Positions 47,715 to 56,534 of a DNA stretch of 64,000 nt are shown one piece after another. Source of the DNA: Acidobacteriota bacterium (GTDB taxonomy: Bacteria; Acidobacteriota; Thermoanaerobaculia; Gp7-AA8); the NCBI GenBank assembly GCA_019244185.1, contig JAFATB010000026.1, positions 156,130 to 220,129 on the forward strand, in the 5' to 3' direction. Within the stretch, counting starts at the first letter, position 1. Each line of letters begins with the position of its first letter. The notes beneath the pieces were generated by a model. That model worked only from the letters and a program-made list of their open reading frames with translations. It had not been told where the DNA came from and did not search any database. Both the position numbers and the translations under genes were made by a program.

Positions 47715-48258
47715 GGCTCTCGCCGGCTTTCTCACCGGCCTCGCGCTGTGGGTCGTGCTCACGCCGCTCTACGACCGCGTCATCGGCGCGGGCGCGGAAG
47801 CGACGCTGCGCGCGTTCGAGAGCCCGTCCGTGACGCGCCTCCATCGTGAGGCCGACGGCTACACGACCGTCGACCGCAGCGACTTCGACCCGCGCTCGAA
47901 ACAGCGGCCGACCGTCGCCATCAAAGACCTCACCTTCAACTTCGTGCTGCTCGCCGCGCTCTTCGCGATCGCGAAGCGGCCGTTCTCCGATCGCAACATC
48001 GGCGGCTTTCTCGCGGCCTCGGCCGCGCTCGCGGTCACGCACGTCGGCGCGACGATCGCGGAAGTCATGTCGATCTACGTCGCGAAGCTCGGCATCTGGA
48101 GCACCGTGCATTACGGCGAGACGGCGCGCAACATCTGGGGCGTCACCGCCACGTTCTACCGCGTCGTGCTGATGTACGCGATCGTCTTCGCGCTCTGGTT
48201 CGTCTTCCGCGATCCCGGCGCCGCGCCGGTGCCGAAGAAAAAGAAGCGAGCGCGCTGA
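47674..48258 (+). CDS. Exosortase-associated membrane protein
   Basis: Overlaps xrtH 3' end; TM helices; basic tail. Confidence 0.7.
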   Translation: MHGLPRLDWRTALKALAGFLTGLALWVVLTPLYDRVIGAGAEATLRAFESPSVTRLHREADGYTTVDRSDFDPRSKQRPTVAIKDLTFNFVLLAALFAIAKRPFSDRNIGGFLAASAALAVTHVGATIAEVMSIYVAKLGIWSTVHYGETARNIWGVTATFYRVVLMYAIVFALWFVFRDPGAAPVPKKKKRAR

Positions 48259-48265
48259 AGCGTCC

Positions 48266-48327
48266 CGCAGTTGCGGACGCGAAACGGCGCGCGCAGTTGC
48301 GGACGCCAAACGGCGCGCGCAGTTGCG
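48266..48327. repeat. 26-bp tandem repeat (about 2.4 copies)
   Basis: CGCAGTTGCGGACGC(G/C)AAACGGCGCG; the core CGCAGTTGCG starts at 48266, 48292 and 48318. Confidence 0.85.
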
Positions 48328-48375
48328 CGCGTCCGCCGCGCGAGGTAAAACAGACGCTTCCGGAGGATTGCTGCG

Positions 48376-49281
48376 ATGCGTCTGGTCACGCGTGGTGACC
48401 TCGACGGCCTCACGAGCGCCGTCATCATCACGATGAAGGAGCCGGTGGACGAGCTCCTGCTCGTGCATCCGCAGGACATCACCGACCAGCGCGTCGACAT
48501 CCGCTCCGACGACATCCTCACGAACCTGCCGTACGACCCGCGCTGCGGCATGTGGTTCGATCACCATCTCCTCACCGACAGCAACCAGCGTCCCTCCGGC
48601 GCGTTCCGCGGCCGCTACGACATCGCGCCGTCGGCGGCGCGGCTCGTGTACGACTACTACCTCGAACAGGCACCCGACGATCCCGCGCTGCTGCGCCTCG
48701 CGCCGCTCGTCGACGAGACCGACCGCCTCGACGCCGCGCTCCTCACGCCCACCGACGTCGAGTCGCCACGCGACTACATCCTCCTCGGCTACACGATGGA
48801 CAGCCGCACCGGCCTCGGCGCGTTCGACGATTACTTCCGCAAGCTCGTCGCCTGGCTCAAGACGATGTCCATCGACGAGGTGCTCGCGCAGCCGGATGTC
48901 CGCGAACGCGTGGAACGCATCCGCGCCGATCAGGCGGACTTCAAGCGCCTCCTCGTGCGCAACAGCTTCCTGCTGAACAACGTCGTCGTCACCGACCTGC
49001 GCGAGATCGACCGGCTCCCCGCCGGCAACCGCTTCCTCGTCTACTCGCTCTTCCCGCAGGCGAACGTCTCGCTGCGCGTGCACTGGGGACCGCGCGAGAA
49101 CAGCGTCATCGCCGCGGTCGGCCACAGCATCTTCAACCGCACGTGCAAGACATCGGTGGGCGAGCTGATGTCGCGCTTCGGCGGCGGCGGCCACCGCGGC
49201 GCCGGCACGTGCGTCCTCCCCGTGGAGCGCGCGGCCGACGCCATCGATGAGATCCTCTACGAACTGCAGGCGAACGGATGA
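48376..49281 (+). CDS. DHH/DHHA1 phosphoesterase (exopolyphosphatase/nanoRNase-like)
   Basis: GGAGG RBS; TRGDLDG, FDHH, PSAAR, GGGGHRGAG. Confidence 0.88.
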   Translation: MRLVTRGDLDGLTSAVIITMKEPVDELLLVHPQDITDQRVDIRSDDILTNLPYDPRCGMWFDHHLLTDSNQRPSGAFRGRYDIAPSAARLVYDYYLEQAPDDPALLRLAPLVDETDRLDAALLTPTDVESPRDYILLGYTMDSRTGLGAFDDYFRKLVAWLKTMSIDEVLAQPDVRERVERIRADQADFKRLLVRNSFLLNNVVVTDLREIDRLPAGNRFLVYSLFPQANVSLRVHWGPRENSVIAAVGHSIFNRTCKTSVGELMSRFGGGGHRGAGTCVLPVERAADAIDEILYELQANG

Positions 49282-51566
49282 AACTACGCACCGCGCTCCT
49301 CCTGGTCCTCGCGCTTGCCGCGCCCGCGTTCGCGGCGTCGAATCAGAACGTCGTCGAAGGCAACAGCGGCCTCACCATCGTGCGCGTCACGTTCACGATT
49401 CCGGCGCCGGTGAATCTGCCGGTCACCGGGCATTACGAGACGGTGGACGGCACGGCCACCGCGGCCGACAACGACTACCAGCCCGTGAGCGGCGACTTCG
49501 TCATTCCGTCGGGCCAGACGTCGAGCGAGCCGGTCGACATCCCGATCGTCGGCGACACGAAAGTGGAGTCCGACGAGACGTTCCAGCTCGTCCTCAGCAA
49601 CATCCAGAACGGCGCCGAGCTCGATCCCGGTCCGTACTCCTTCACGATCGTCAACGACGACGCGCCGGTCATCAGCGTCACCGGCACCTCCGTGCGCGAA
49701 GGCAACTCTGGCACGACCGCGCTGCCGTTCGACATCGTGCTCGGCGCGCCGGCGGCGACGCCGCTGCAGATCGCATACACCACGATCCCCGGCACGGCGA
49801 CGGCGGGCGAGGACTACGTCCCCGCGAACGCCACCGTGACGTTCGCGCCGGGCGAGGTGCGCAAGACCGTGAACGTCACGGTGATCGGCGACACGCGATT
49901 CGAGCCCGACGAGACGCTCACGCTCGTCGCCGCGCAGTCCGGCCTGCCGCCGTCCGCACCCGCGAGCGCCGTCGGCACGATCATCAACGACGACACGCGC
50001 CCGGCCGCGAGCCTCACCATCGTCAGCGGCAACAACCAGAGCGGGCGGCTCGGCCAACCACTCGCGCAGCCGCTGGTCGTGCAGGTCAACGACGCTGCGG
50101 GCGCGCCCGTCGCCGGCGCAACCGTGCAGTGGAGCGTGACGCGCGGCGCCGCGCAGCTCGATCCCGCCACGAGCACGACCAACGCGGAAGGACGCGCGTC
50201 GACGATCGTGACGCCGAACAGCGTCGGCGCCATCGACATCCGCGCGAGCTCCGGCGATCTGCCGCCGGTCACGTTCACGATCGCCGCGCAGACGACGCTC
50301 GAAGCGCGCGCGAACGGCCCGGTCGCGAAACCGATCGCGCACGTGCTCGACGGCGTCTGCGCGCGCAACGAAGAGCCGTTCACGCTCGTCTGCCGCGCGC
50401 TCGAACGCCTGCCCGACACCGACCTCACGCCCGCCCTCGAGCGCATCGCGCCGCAGCAGGCGGGCGCGCAGTCGAAGATCGCCGGCGAGATCATCGCGAA
50501 CATCACCGCGAGCCTCAGCGCGCGCCTCGCCGAACGCCGCGCCGGCGCGCGCTTCTCGCTGCAGCACGCGTCGCTCTCGATCGGCGGACAGCCCGTGCCC
50601 GTGGCCATCGTCGCGAACGCGCTCCTCGAACAGACCGGCACCGGCGCCGCGACGGGCGACGCGAACGGCGACGACTACAACGGCTGGTCCGCGTTCGTCA
50701 GCGGCAATCTCGGCACCGGCGAGCGTCGCGCGAGCTCCGGCGCGCTCGGCTTCGATCTCGATACAAGCGGCGTGATGGTGGGCGTCGATCGGCAGTTCGG
50801 CGAGAACATCTTCGGCCTCTCCGCGAACGCCGGCTGGCTCGACGCGACGCTCAGCGCCGGCACCGGCACCGTCGACACGACGAACTACGCGCTCTCGCTC
50901 TACGGCAGCCGCGGCGGTCTCTTCGCCGGCAGCGCCGCGCCGTCCACCGGCACGTCGATGCATTACGACGGCGTGCATCTCGAAGGCAGCCTCACCGCCG
51001 GACGCAGCCAGTTCGACGCCACGCACATCGTGAGCGTGCCGCTCCTGCCGTCGTCGACCGCGCACAGCTCGAACGATGCGACGCTCTTCGCGCTCACCGC
51101 GGGGGGCGGCGTCGACGCGCATCGCGGCCGCACCGACTTCGACTTCGCGCTCTCCGGCACGTGGTCGCGCACGCGGATCGACGACCTCGCCGAAAGCGAC
51201 GCCGGTCCGCTGGTGCTCTTCGTCGATGGACACGACATCGAGTCGCTCGTCGCCAACGCGGGACTCGACGTCCGCTCCGCGATCGCGGTGCCGTTCGGCA
51301 CGCTGATGCCGACGTTCCGCGGTGAGCTCGTGCACGAGTTCCGCAGCGCGGCGCGCCTCGTCACCGCGCACTTCCTGCACGACCATCTCGGCACCGGCTT
51401 CACGATTCCGGTCGATCAGCCGGACGCGAACTACGGCAAGCTGTCGGCGGGCCTGCAGGCGGTCTTCCCGCGCGGCGTCTCCGCGTTCGTCGAGGTGACG
51501 CAGGACGTGGCGCGCTCCGACTTGCGCTTCCGTACGCTGCAGTTCAATCTGTCGAAGTCGTTCTGA
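49278..51566 (+). CDS. Autotransporter-like outer membrane protein: two Calx-beta + Ig-like + beta-barrel
   Basis: EGNSG..DGTATA..DY..GDT..E.DETF twice; SGNNQSG..PLVVQV Ig-like domain; barrel ending LSKSF. Confidence 0.85.
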   Translation: MKLRTALLLVLALAAPAFAASNQNVVEGNSGLTIVRVTFTIPAPVNLPVTGHYETVDGTATAADNDYQPVSGDFVIPSGQTSSEPVDIPIVGDTKVESDETFQLVLSNIQNGAELDPGPYSFTIVNDDAPVISVTGTSVREGNSGTTALPFDIVLGAPAATPLQIAYTTIPGTATAGEDYVPANATVTFAPGEVRKTVNVTVIGDTRFEPDETLTLVAAQSGLPPSAPASAVGTIINDDTRPAASLTIVSGNNQSGRLGQPLAQPLVVQVNDAAGAPVAGATVQWSVTRGAAQLDPATSTTNAEGRASTIVTPNSVGAIDIRASSGDLPPVTFTIAAQTTLEARANGPVAKPIAHVLDGVCARNEEPFTLVCRALERLPDTDLTPALERIAPQQAGAQSKIAGEIIANITASLSARLAERRAGARFSLQHASLSIGGQPVPVAIVANALLEQTGTGAATGDANGDDYNGWSAFVSGNLGTGERRASSGALGFDLDTSGVMVGVDRQFGENIFGLSANAGWLDATLSAGTGTVDTTNYALSLYGSRGGLFAGSAAPSTGTSMHYDGVHLEGSLTAGRSQFDATHIVSVPLLPSSTAHSSNDATLFALTAGGGVDAHRGRTDFDFALSGTWSRTRIDDLAESDAGPLVLFVDGHDIESLVANAGLDVRSAIAVPFGTLMPTFRGELVHEFRSAARLVTAHFLHDHLGTGFTIPVDQPDANYGKLSAGLQAVFPRGVSAFVEVTQDVARSDLRFRTLQFNLSKSF

Positions 51567-51571
51567 TCCGC

Positions 51572-53056
51572 ATGCGCTCCGCCGCCGCGCTCTTGTTGCT
51601 GCTCGCTGTCTTCGCGCCGATCCTGCGCGCGCAGAACGCCGACGATCTCGTGCTCGTCGACTGCCGCCTGCCGCCGAAGATGAAACGCATCGGCGGGCGC
51701 ACGTATCCGGTCGCTGCGCGTCCGATCCGCACGACCGCGCTCGACTGCCGCATTCGCGGCGGCGAGTACACGGTGTACGACCGCGCGAACTACGCAACGT
51801 CGCTCAAGATCTGGCTCGACGCCGCGGAGAAAGGCGATCGCGACGCGCAGTACTACGTCGGCAAGCTCTACGAAGGCGGCCTCGGCACGCCGCCCGATTT
51901 CGCCGCCGCCGCGCGCTGGTACGCGAAGGCCGCCGACGCGGGCCTCAGCGCCGCGCAGTTCAGCCTCGGGACGCTCTACGAAAAGGGCCTCGGCGTTCCC
52001 GCCGATCCGGCCAAAGCGTTCGCGCTCTATCGCCGCGCCTCGGGACTGCCGGACAACGTCGTGCTCGTCGAGAGCGCGAAGTACGAGGAGCTCGAGCGCG
52101 CCGCGAACGACCTCGCCGCGCGCGAGCAGGAGATCGACGAGCTGCAACGCCAGCTCGACGACGCGCGCAAACAGCACAAGCTCGATCATCAGCGCGAGCG
52201 CGAGCTCACGCAGCAACTCGACGCCGCGAAACAAAAGGCGGACACGCAGCGCAAAGACGTCGCCAGCAAACGCAACGCGGTGCACGTCGCCGCGACGAAT
52301 GCCGCGCCGCTGCCGTCCGCGAAGCGCGGGACGCTCGGACGCTACGTCGCGCTCGTCATCGGCAACGCGACGTACGACCATCTGCCGCCGATGCCGTCGG
52401 CCGAAACGAACGCGCGCGCCGTGGCCGCGCTGCTGCGCGACGCGTACGGCTTCGACGTCACGCTGCTCCTCAACGCGCGCAACGACGCCATCCTCGCCAG
52501 CCTCTACAAACTGAGCCAGACGCTCGGCGAGAACGACAATCTCGTCGTCTACTACGCCGGCCACGGCCGCCGCGACCTGCGCAACCGGCGCGGCTGGTGG
52601 CTGCCTGCCGACGCGGATGCCGACGCCGCCGCGAAGACGAACTGGCTGCCGAATCAGGACGTCAGCGACCGGCTCGCGCTCGTGCCCGCGCGGCACATCC
52701 TCGTCCTCGCCGACGCGTCGTACGTCGGCGACATCACCCGCGGCGCGCCGCAGCCCGCGCCTTCGAACCTCACCGCCGCGCAGTGGTCGAAGTATCTCGA
52801 GACGACGAAGAGCCGCCGCGCGCGGCTCGCGCTCTCGTCCGGCGCGGACGAGCCGTCCGCCACCGGCTCGCGCTTCACGGCCGCGCTGCTCGAAGTGCTG
52901 CAAAAGCAGAAGGGCGTCGTGCCCGCGTCGCGCATCCACCAGGAGGTGGTCAACGTGTTGACCGCCGACGAGCGAGTGACCTCCGCCGTGCCGATCTTCG
53001 CGCCGCTGCAGTCGGCGTTTCACGACGGCGTCGACTTCCTCTTCGAGCGCCGATGA
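51572..53056 (+). CDS. Secreted Sel1-repeat + coiled coil + caspase-like (C14) protein, catalytic Cys to Ser
   Basis: Signal peptide; AQYYVGKLYEGGLG / AQFSLGTLYEKGLG Sel1 repeats; YVALVIGN, YYAGHG, LADASY. Confidence 0.88.
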   Translation: MRSAAALLLLLAVFAPILRAQNADDLVLVDCRLPPKMKRIGGRTYPVAARPIRTTALDCRIRGGEYTVYDRANYATSLKIWLDAAEKGDRDAQYYVGKLYEGGLGTPPDFAAAARWYAKAADAGLSAAQFSLGTLYEKGLGVPADPAKAFALYRRASGLPDNVVLVESAKYEELERAANDLAAREQEIDELQRQLDDARKQHKLDHQRERELTQQLDAAKQKADTQRKDVASKRNAVHVAATNAAPLPSAKRGTLGRYVALVIGNATYDHLPPMPSAETNARAVAALLRDAYGFDVTLLLNARNDAILASLYKLSQTLGENDNLVVYYAGHGRRDLRNRRGWWLPADADADAAAKTNWLPNQDVSDRLALVPARHILVLADASYVGDITRGAPQPAPSNLTAAQWSKYLETTKSRRARLALSSGADEPSATGSRFTAALLEVLQKQKGVVPASRIHQEVVNVLTADERVTSAVPIFAPLQSAFHDGVDFLFERR

Positions 53057-54843
53057 GCACCGTTCTCGACGAGATCGCGGAGCGCTTCGACGTCCTCGCC
53101 AAGCTCGGCGAGGGCGGCATGGGCTGCGTCTACAAGGTCCGCCACCGCGACCTCGACGAAGTGCAGATCGTGAAGACGCTGCAGGCGCACCTCAGCACGA
53201 ACGAAGGGCTGCGCACGCGCTTCATCAATGAGGCGCGCCGAGGAATGAGGTTGAGGCATCCGCACATCGCGGGAGTGCATGATTTTCACGTCTGCGCGGA
53301 CGGCACCGGCTACATCGTGATGGAGTACGTGCACGGCCTCAATTTGCGCGACCTCGTCAGCGCGCGCGGGCCGCTGCGCGTGCCGCTCGTCGGCGCGATC
53401 GCCTTGCAGACGCTCGACGCGCTCGGCTACCTGCACAGCCAGAAGTTCGTTCACCGCGACATCTCGCCCGACAACCTGATCCTCACGCAGACCGCCGACG
53501 GCCACCCGTTCGTCAAGCTCATCGACCTCGGCATCTCGAAGTCGCTCGACGAAGGCAACACCATGACCCAGACCGGCCAGTTCCTCGGCAAGGTTGCGTA
53601 CGCGTCGCCCGAGCAGTTCGGCGGCCACGTGGACGGCCGCAGCGATCTCTATTCGTTCGGCGTCGTGCTCTACAAGCTACTGACGAACGAGGAGCCGTTT
53701 GCCGGCGAGAACTACCGCGAGATCATCAGCGCGCATCTCTTCCAGAAGCCGCGGCCGTTCCCGCCGGAGCTCGAGATTCCGGACGCCGTCCAGCAGGTCG
53801 TGTTCCGCGCGCTCGAGAACGAGCCGGCACATCGCTACGCCGACGCCCACGAGTTCGCGGATGCCGTCGAGGAAGCGTTCGGCGTGCAGCGCGAGCGGAC
53901 GACGCGTCCCGCGCTCGAACGCATCTCGCGCGCCGAAGACGCGACGCTCGTCGACGGCGAGACGACGGCGATCGACACCACCGTCGCGGAGACGTCGTTC
54001 GCCGCGGCACCGACCATCGGCGAAACGGTCGTCGCGCGTCCGCGCGCGTCGCGGCGCTGGCCGTTACTCGCAGCTATCGTCCTCGTGCTGCTCGTCGCCG
54101 GCGCGCTCGTCTGGCAGCGGATGCACGCGGCCGCGCTCGCGCGCTACGGCAACTTCTACGCGGTCGTCATCGGCGAAGGGGAGTACCGCAAGTTCGAAGC
54201 GCTGCCCACCGCCGTCGACGACGCGCGCGCCGTCGCGCAGTTGCTCGAGTCGCGATACGGCTTTCACGTAACGCGGCTCGAGAACGCGAAGCAGCAGGAG
54301 ATCCTCGCCGCGCTGAACGCCGTCGGCAAGCAGCTCACGCCCGCCGACAACCTGCTCGTCTTCTACGCCGGCCACGGCTCGCTGCTCAACGGCAAGGGCT
54401 ACTGGCAGCCGGTCGACGCCGGCTTCGACATGACGAACTGGATCTCGCCCGCGCTCGTGAAAGACGCGCTGCTCGATCATCCCGCGCGCCGTGCGCTCGT
54501 CATCGCCGACACGTGCTATTCCGGCGCGCTCGTGCACGGCGCGCTCGCGACGTTGCCGCCCGATGAGCGCTTGACGAAACGCGCGCGTCTCGTCCTCAGC
54601 TCCGGCGGCACCGCGCCGGTGATCGACTCCGCCGACGGCCGTCACTCGATCTTCACGCGCGCACTCCTCGACGTCCTCGGCGAGCGCGGACGCGGCGTCA
54701 CCGACGTGCAGTCGATCTTCACGCCGATTGAGGCGCGCGTCATCGACGCCGCCCGGCGCGACGGCCACGAGCAGAAGCCGGAGCTCGCCGCGATGGCCGA
54801 GGTGGGGGATGAGGGCGGGACGTTCTACTTCGTCAGGCGCTGA
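53053..54843 (+). CDS. Ser/Thr protein kinase - TM - caspase-like (C14) fusion
   Basis: GEGGMG, HRDISPDN, DLG, ASPE, SDLYSFG; TM WPLLAAIVLVLLVAGALVW; FYAGHG and ADTCYSG dyad. Confidence 0.92.
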   Translation: MSTVLDEIAERFDVLAKLGEGGMGCVYKVRHRDLDEVQIVKTLQAHLSTNEGLRTRFINEARRGMRLRHPHIAGVHDFHVCADGTGYIVMEYVHGLNLRDLVSARGPLRVPLVGAIALQTLDALGYLHSQKFVHRDISPDNLILTQTADGHPFVKLIDLGISKSLDEGNTMTQTGQFLGKVAYASPEQFGGHVDGRSDLYSFGVVLYKLLTNEEPFAGENYREIISAHLFQKPRPFPPELEIPDAVQQVVFRALENEPAHRYADAHEFADAVEEAFGVQRERTTRPALERISRAEDATLVDGETTAIDTTVAETSFAAAPTIGETVVARPRASRRWPLLAAIVLVLLVAGALVWQRMHAAALARYGNFYAVVIGEGEYRKFEALPTAVDDARAVAQLLESRYGFHVTRLENAKQQEILAALNAVGKQLTPADNLLVFYAGHGSLLNGKGYWQPVDAGFDMTNWISPALVKDALLDHPARRALVIADTCYSGALVHGALATLPPDERLTKRARLVLSSGGTAPVIDSADGRHSIFTRALLDVLGERGRGVTDVQSIFTPIEARVIDAARRDGHEQKPELAAMAEVGDEGGTFYFVRR

Positions 54844-54857
54844 TCTTCAGACGCCGA

Positions 54858-56084
54858 TCAGATATCCGGCCAGTGCCGCAGCAGCGACGGCGTCGAGTGC
54901 GCGAGGTACAGCACCGCGTCGAACTTCGCGCCGAAGTCCGCCGGCAGATCGAGCGTCGCCGCATCGGGTGACGGCACGGCCGAGCCGGCGATGCGCATGC
55001 GGTGCGTGCCCGCGAGCCACGGCGGCAGCGGCGCGTGCAGCGGGACGATCATCGCGTCGAGCCGCGCTTGTGCGAGAAGCCGCGCGAAGTCGTCGGGCGA
55101 CGGCGCCGTCATCTGCTGCGCGCCGATGAAGCCGTCGAAGGTGCCGGGCAGATACTCGACGGCGAGGAACGTGCCGTCGAGCAGCGCGGAGCCGAGGGCG
55201 AAGTAATCGTTGCCGAACGTCGCGGCGAGCGATGAGCCGGCGCTGCGGATCGGACGCGGATCCTGCAGCACGTAGTCGGTGCGTCCCCAATGCTCGTTGT
55301 GCCCGAGGACGACGACGCGGTCGCGTTGCGCGAGCCAGGTGAGGTTCTCCGCCATCGCCGCGTCGCGCGCGTTGCGGTCGCCGGCGGCGACGCGCTCGCT
55401 CTGTTCGACGATGCGCGCGGCGTGGAGCACTTCATCGAGCTCGGGCGACGGCGGATGTGACGCGAGCGACGTGCGCACGCCGGCGATGAGAGAACGGCAG
55501 CGCTCATCGCCGCGATACGACGCGCCCATGCACGCGTAGTTCGCCTGCGCTTCCTCGGCCGCGGCGGGATCGATGCGACCGAGGTAGTCGACGACGACGC
55601 GCATGGCACCGGCGGTGGGATCGACGCCGGCGATGCGGATCGGCGGCGTGAGCCCGGCGGCGTTCTGCGCGCGCGCCCACATGAGGAGGTCGAAGACTTC
55701 CTGCGCGTCCCAGAACCAGTAGCGCGCGAGTGCGAGCGCGGCCGCGGGATCGCCGCTGCCGTGCACGATGTAGTCGTCGAGTTGCGCGTACTCCGCGTAC
55801 GGCGCCTCGAACGCGATCGTGCGGAAGCCGGCATCGACGAGCGCCGGCACGAGCTGCTGCTTCGACGCGAAGAGCTCGTGCGTGCCGTGCGTGGCGTCGC
55901 CGAGGGCGACGATGCGGGCGTTCGAGACGAGGCGCAGGAAGGGTGAGAGGGTGCCGTCGATGCGGATCGCGCGCTGCCGCAGCCACGCGGCGGGCGTGTC
56001 GACGTCGCCGGAGCGCACCGCGCGCACGCGTGCGGCGAGCGGCAGCGCGAGAATCATGGCGAGGAAGAGTGTGGCGCGTTTCAT
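54858..56084 (-). CDS. Erythromycin esterase family protein (secreted)
   Basis: VALGDATHGTHE, GFRTIAFE, RDAAMAEN, HNEH, FDAVLY; signal peptide. Confidence 0.85.
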   Translation of the reverse strand: MKRATLFLAMILALPLAARVRAVRSGDVDTPAAWLRQRAIRIDGTLSPFLRLVSNARIVALGDATHGTHELFASKQQLVPALVDAGFRTIAFEAPYAEYAQLDDYIVHGSGDPAAALALARYWFWDAQEVFDLLMWARAQNAAGLTPPIRIAGVDPTAGAMRVVVDYLGRIDPAAAEEAQANYACMGASYRGDERCRSLIAGVRTSLASHPPSPELDEVLHAARIVEQSERVAAGDRNARDAAMAENLTWLAQRDRVVVLGHNEHWGRTDYVLQDPRPIRSAGSSLAATFGNDYFALGSALLDGTFLAVEYLPGTFDGFIGAQQMTAPSPDDFARLLAQARLDAMIVPLHAPLPPWLAGTHRMRIAGSAVPSPDAATLDLPADFGAKFDAVLYLAHSTPSLLRHWPDI

Positions 56085-56100
56085 CTGCGATGATGGCTGC

Positions 56101-56523
56101 ATGCTGCAGCTCCGCGTCGCCGGACCTCACGAGGCGGGTTGGATCAATGAACGCTACGCCGCGGTGGAGTTCATCCCGTCCGACCTCGCGCGCGAAACGG
56201 TCGTCGTCGCGGAAATCGACGGCGCGCCCGCCGGCCTCGGCCGTCTGGTACCGCTCGACGACGACACGTACGAGCTCGGCGGCATGCTCGTGTTCGAAGC
56301 ATTCCGCGGCCGCGGCATCGCGCGCGCGATCGTCGACGAGCTGCTGCGCCGCGCGAAGGGCCGCGTCGTCTACTGCATTCCGTTCGCGGAGCTCGAGTCG
56401 TTTTACGCGGGCGCCGGCTTCGTGCGCGTCGACGATGCACCGCAGCTCCGCGAGAAGCTCGCGTGGTGCCGCGGCACGTACGCAAAGTCCGTCGTGTTGA
56501 TGCGGCACGGCTCTGCTCCATAA
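56101..56523 (+). CDS. GNAT N-acetyltransferase
   Basis: ELGGMLV..FRGRGIA, FY..AGF. Confidence 0.85.
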   Translation: MLQLRVAGPHEAGWINERYAAVEFIPSDLARETVVVAEIDGAPAGLGRLVPLDDDTYELGGMLVFEAFRGRGIARAIVDELLRRAKGRVVYCIPFAELESFYAGAGFVRVDDAPQLREKLAWCRGTYAKSVVLMRHGSAP

Positions 56524-56534
56524 TTCGCGCGCGC

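Noticed and set aside
48266-48327. Possible mini-CRISPR
   Set aside because: The intervening sequences are near-identical and only 16 bp; no cas genes.
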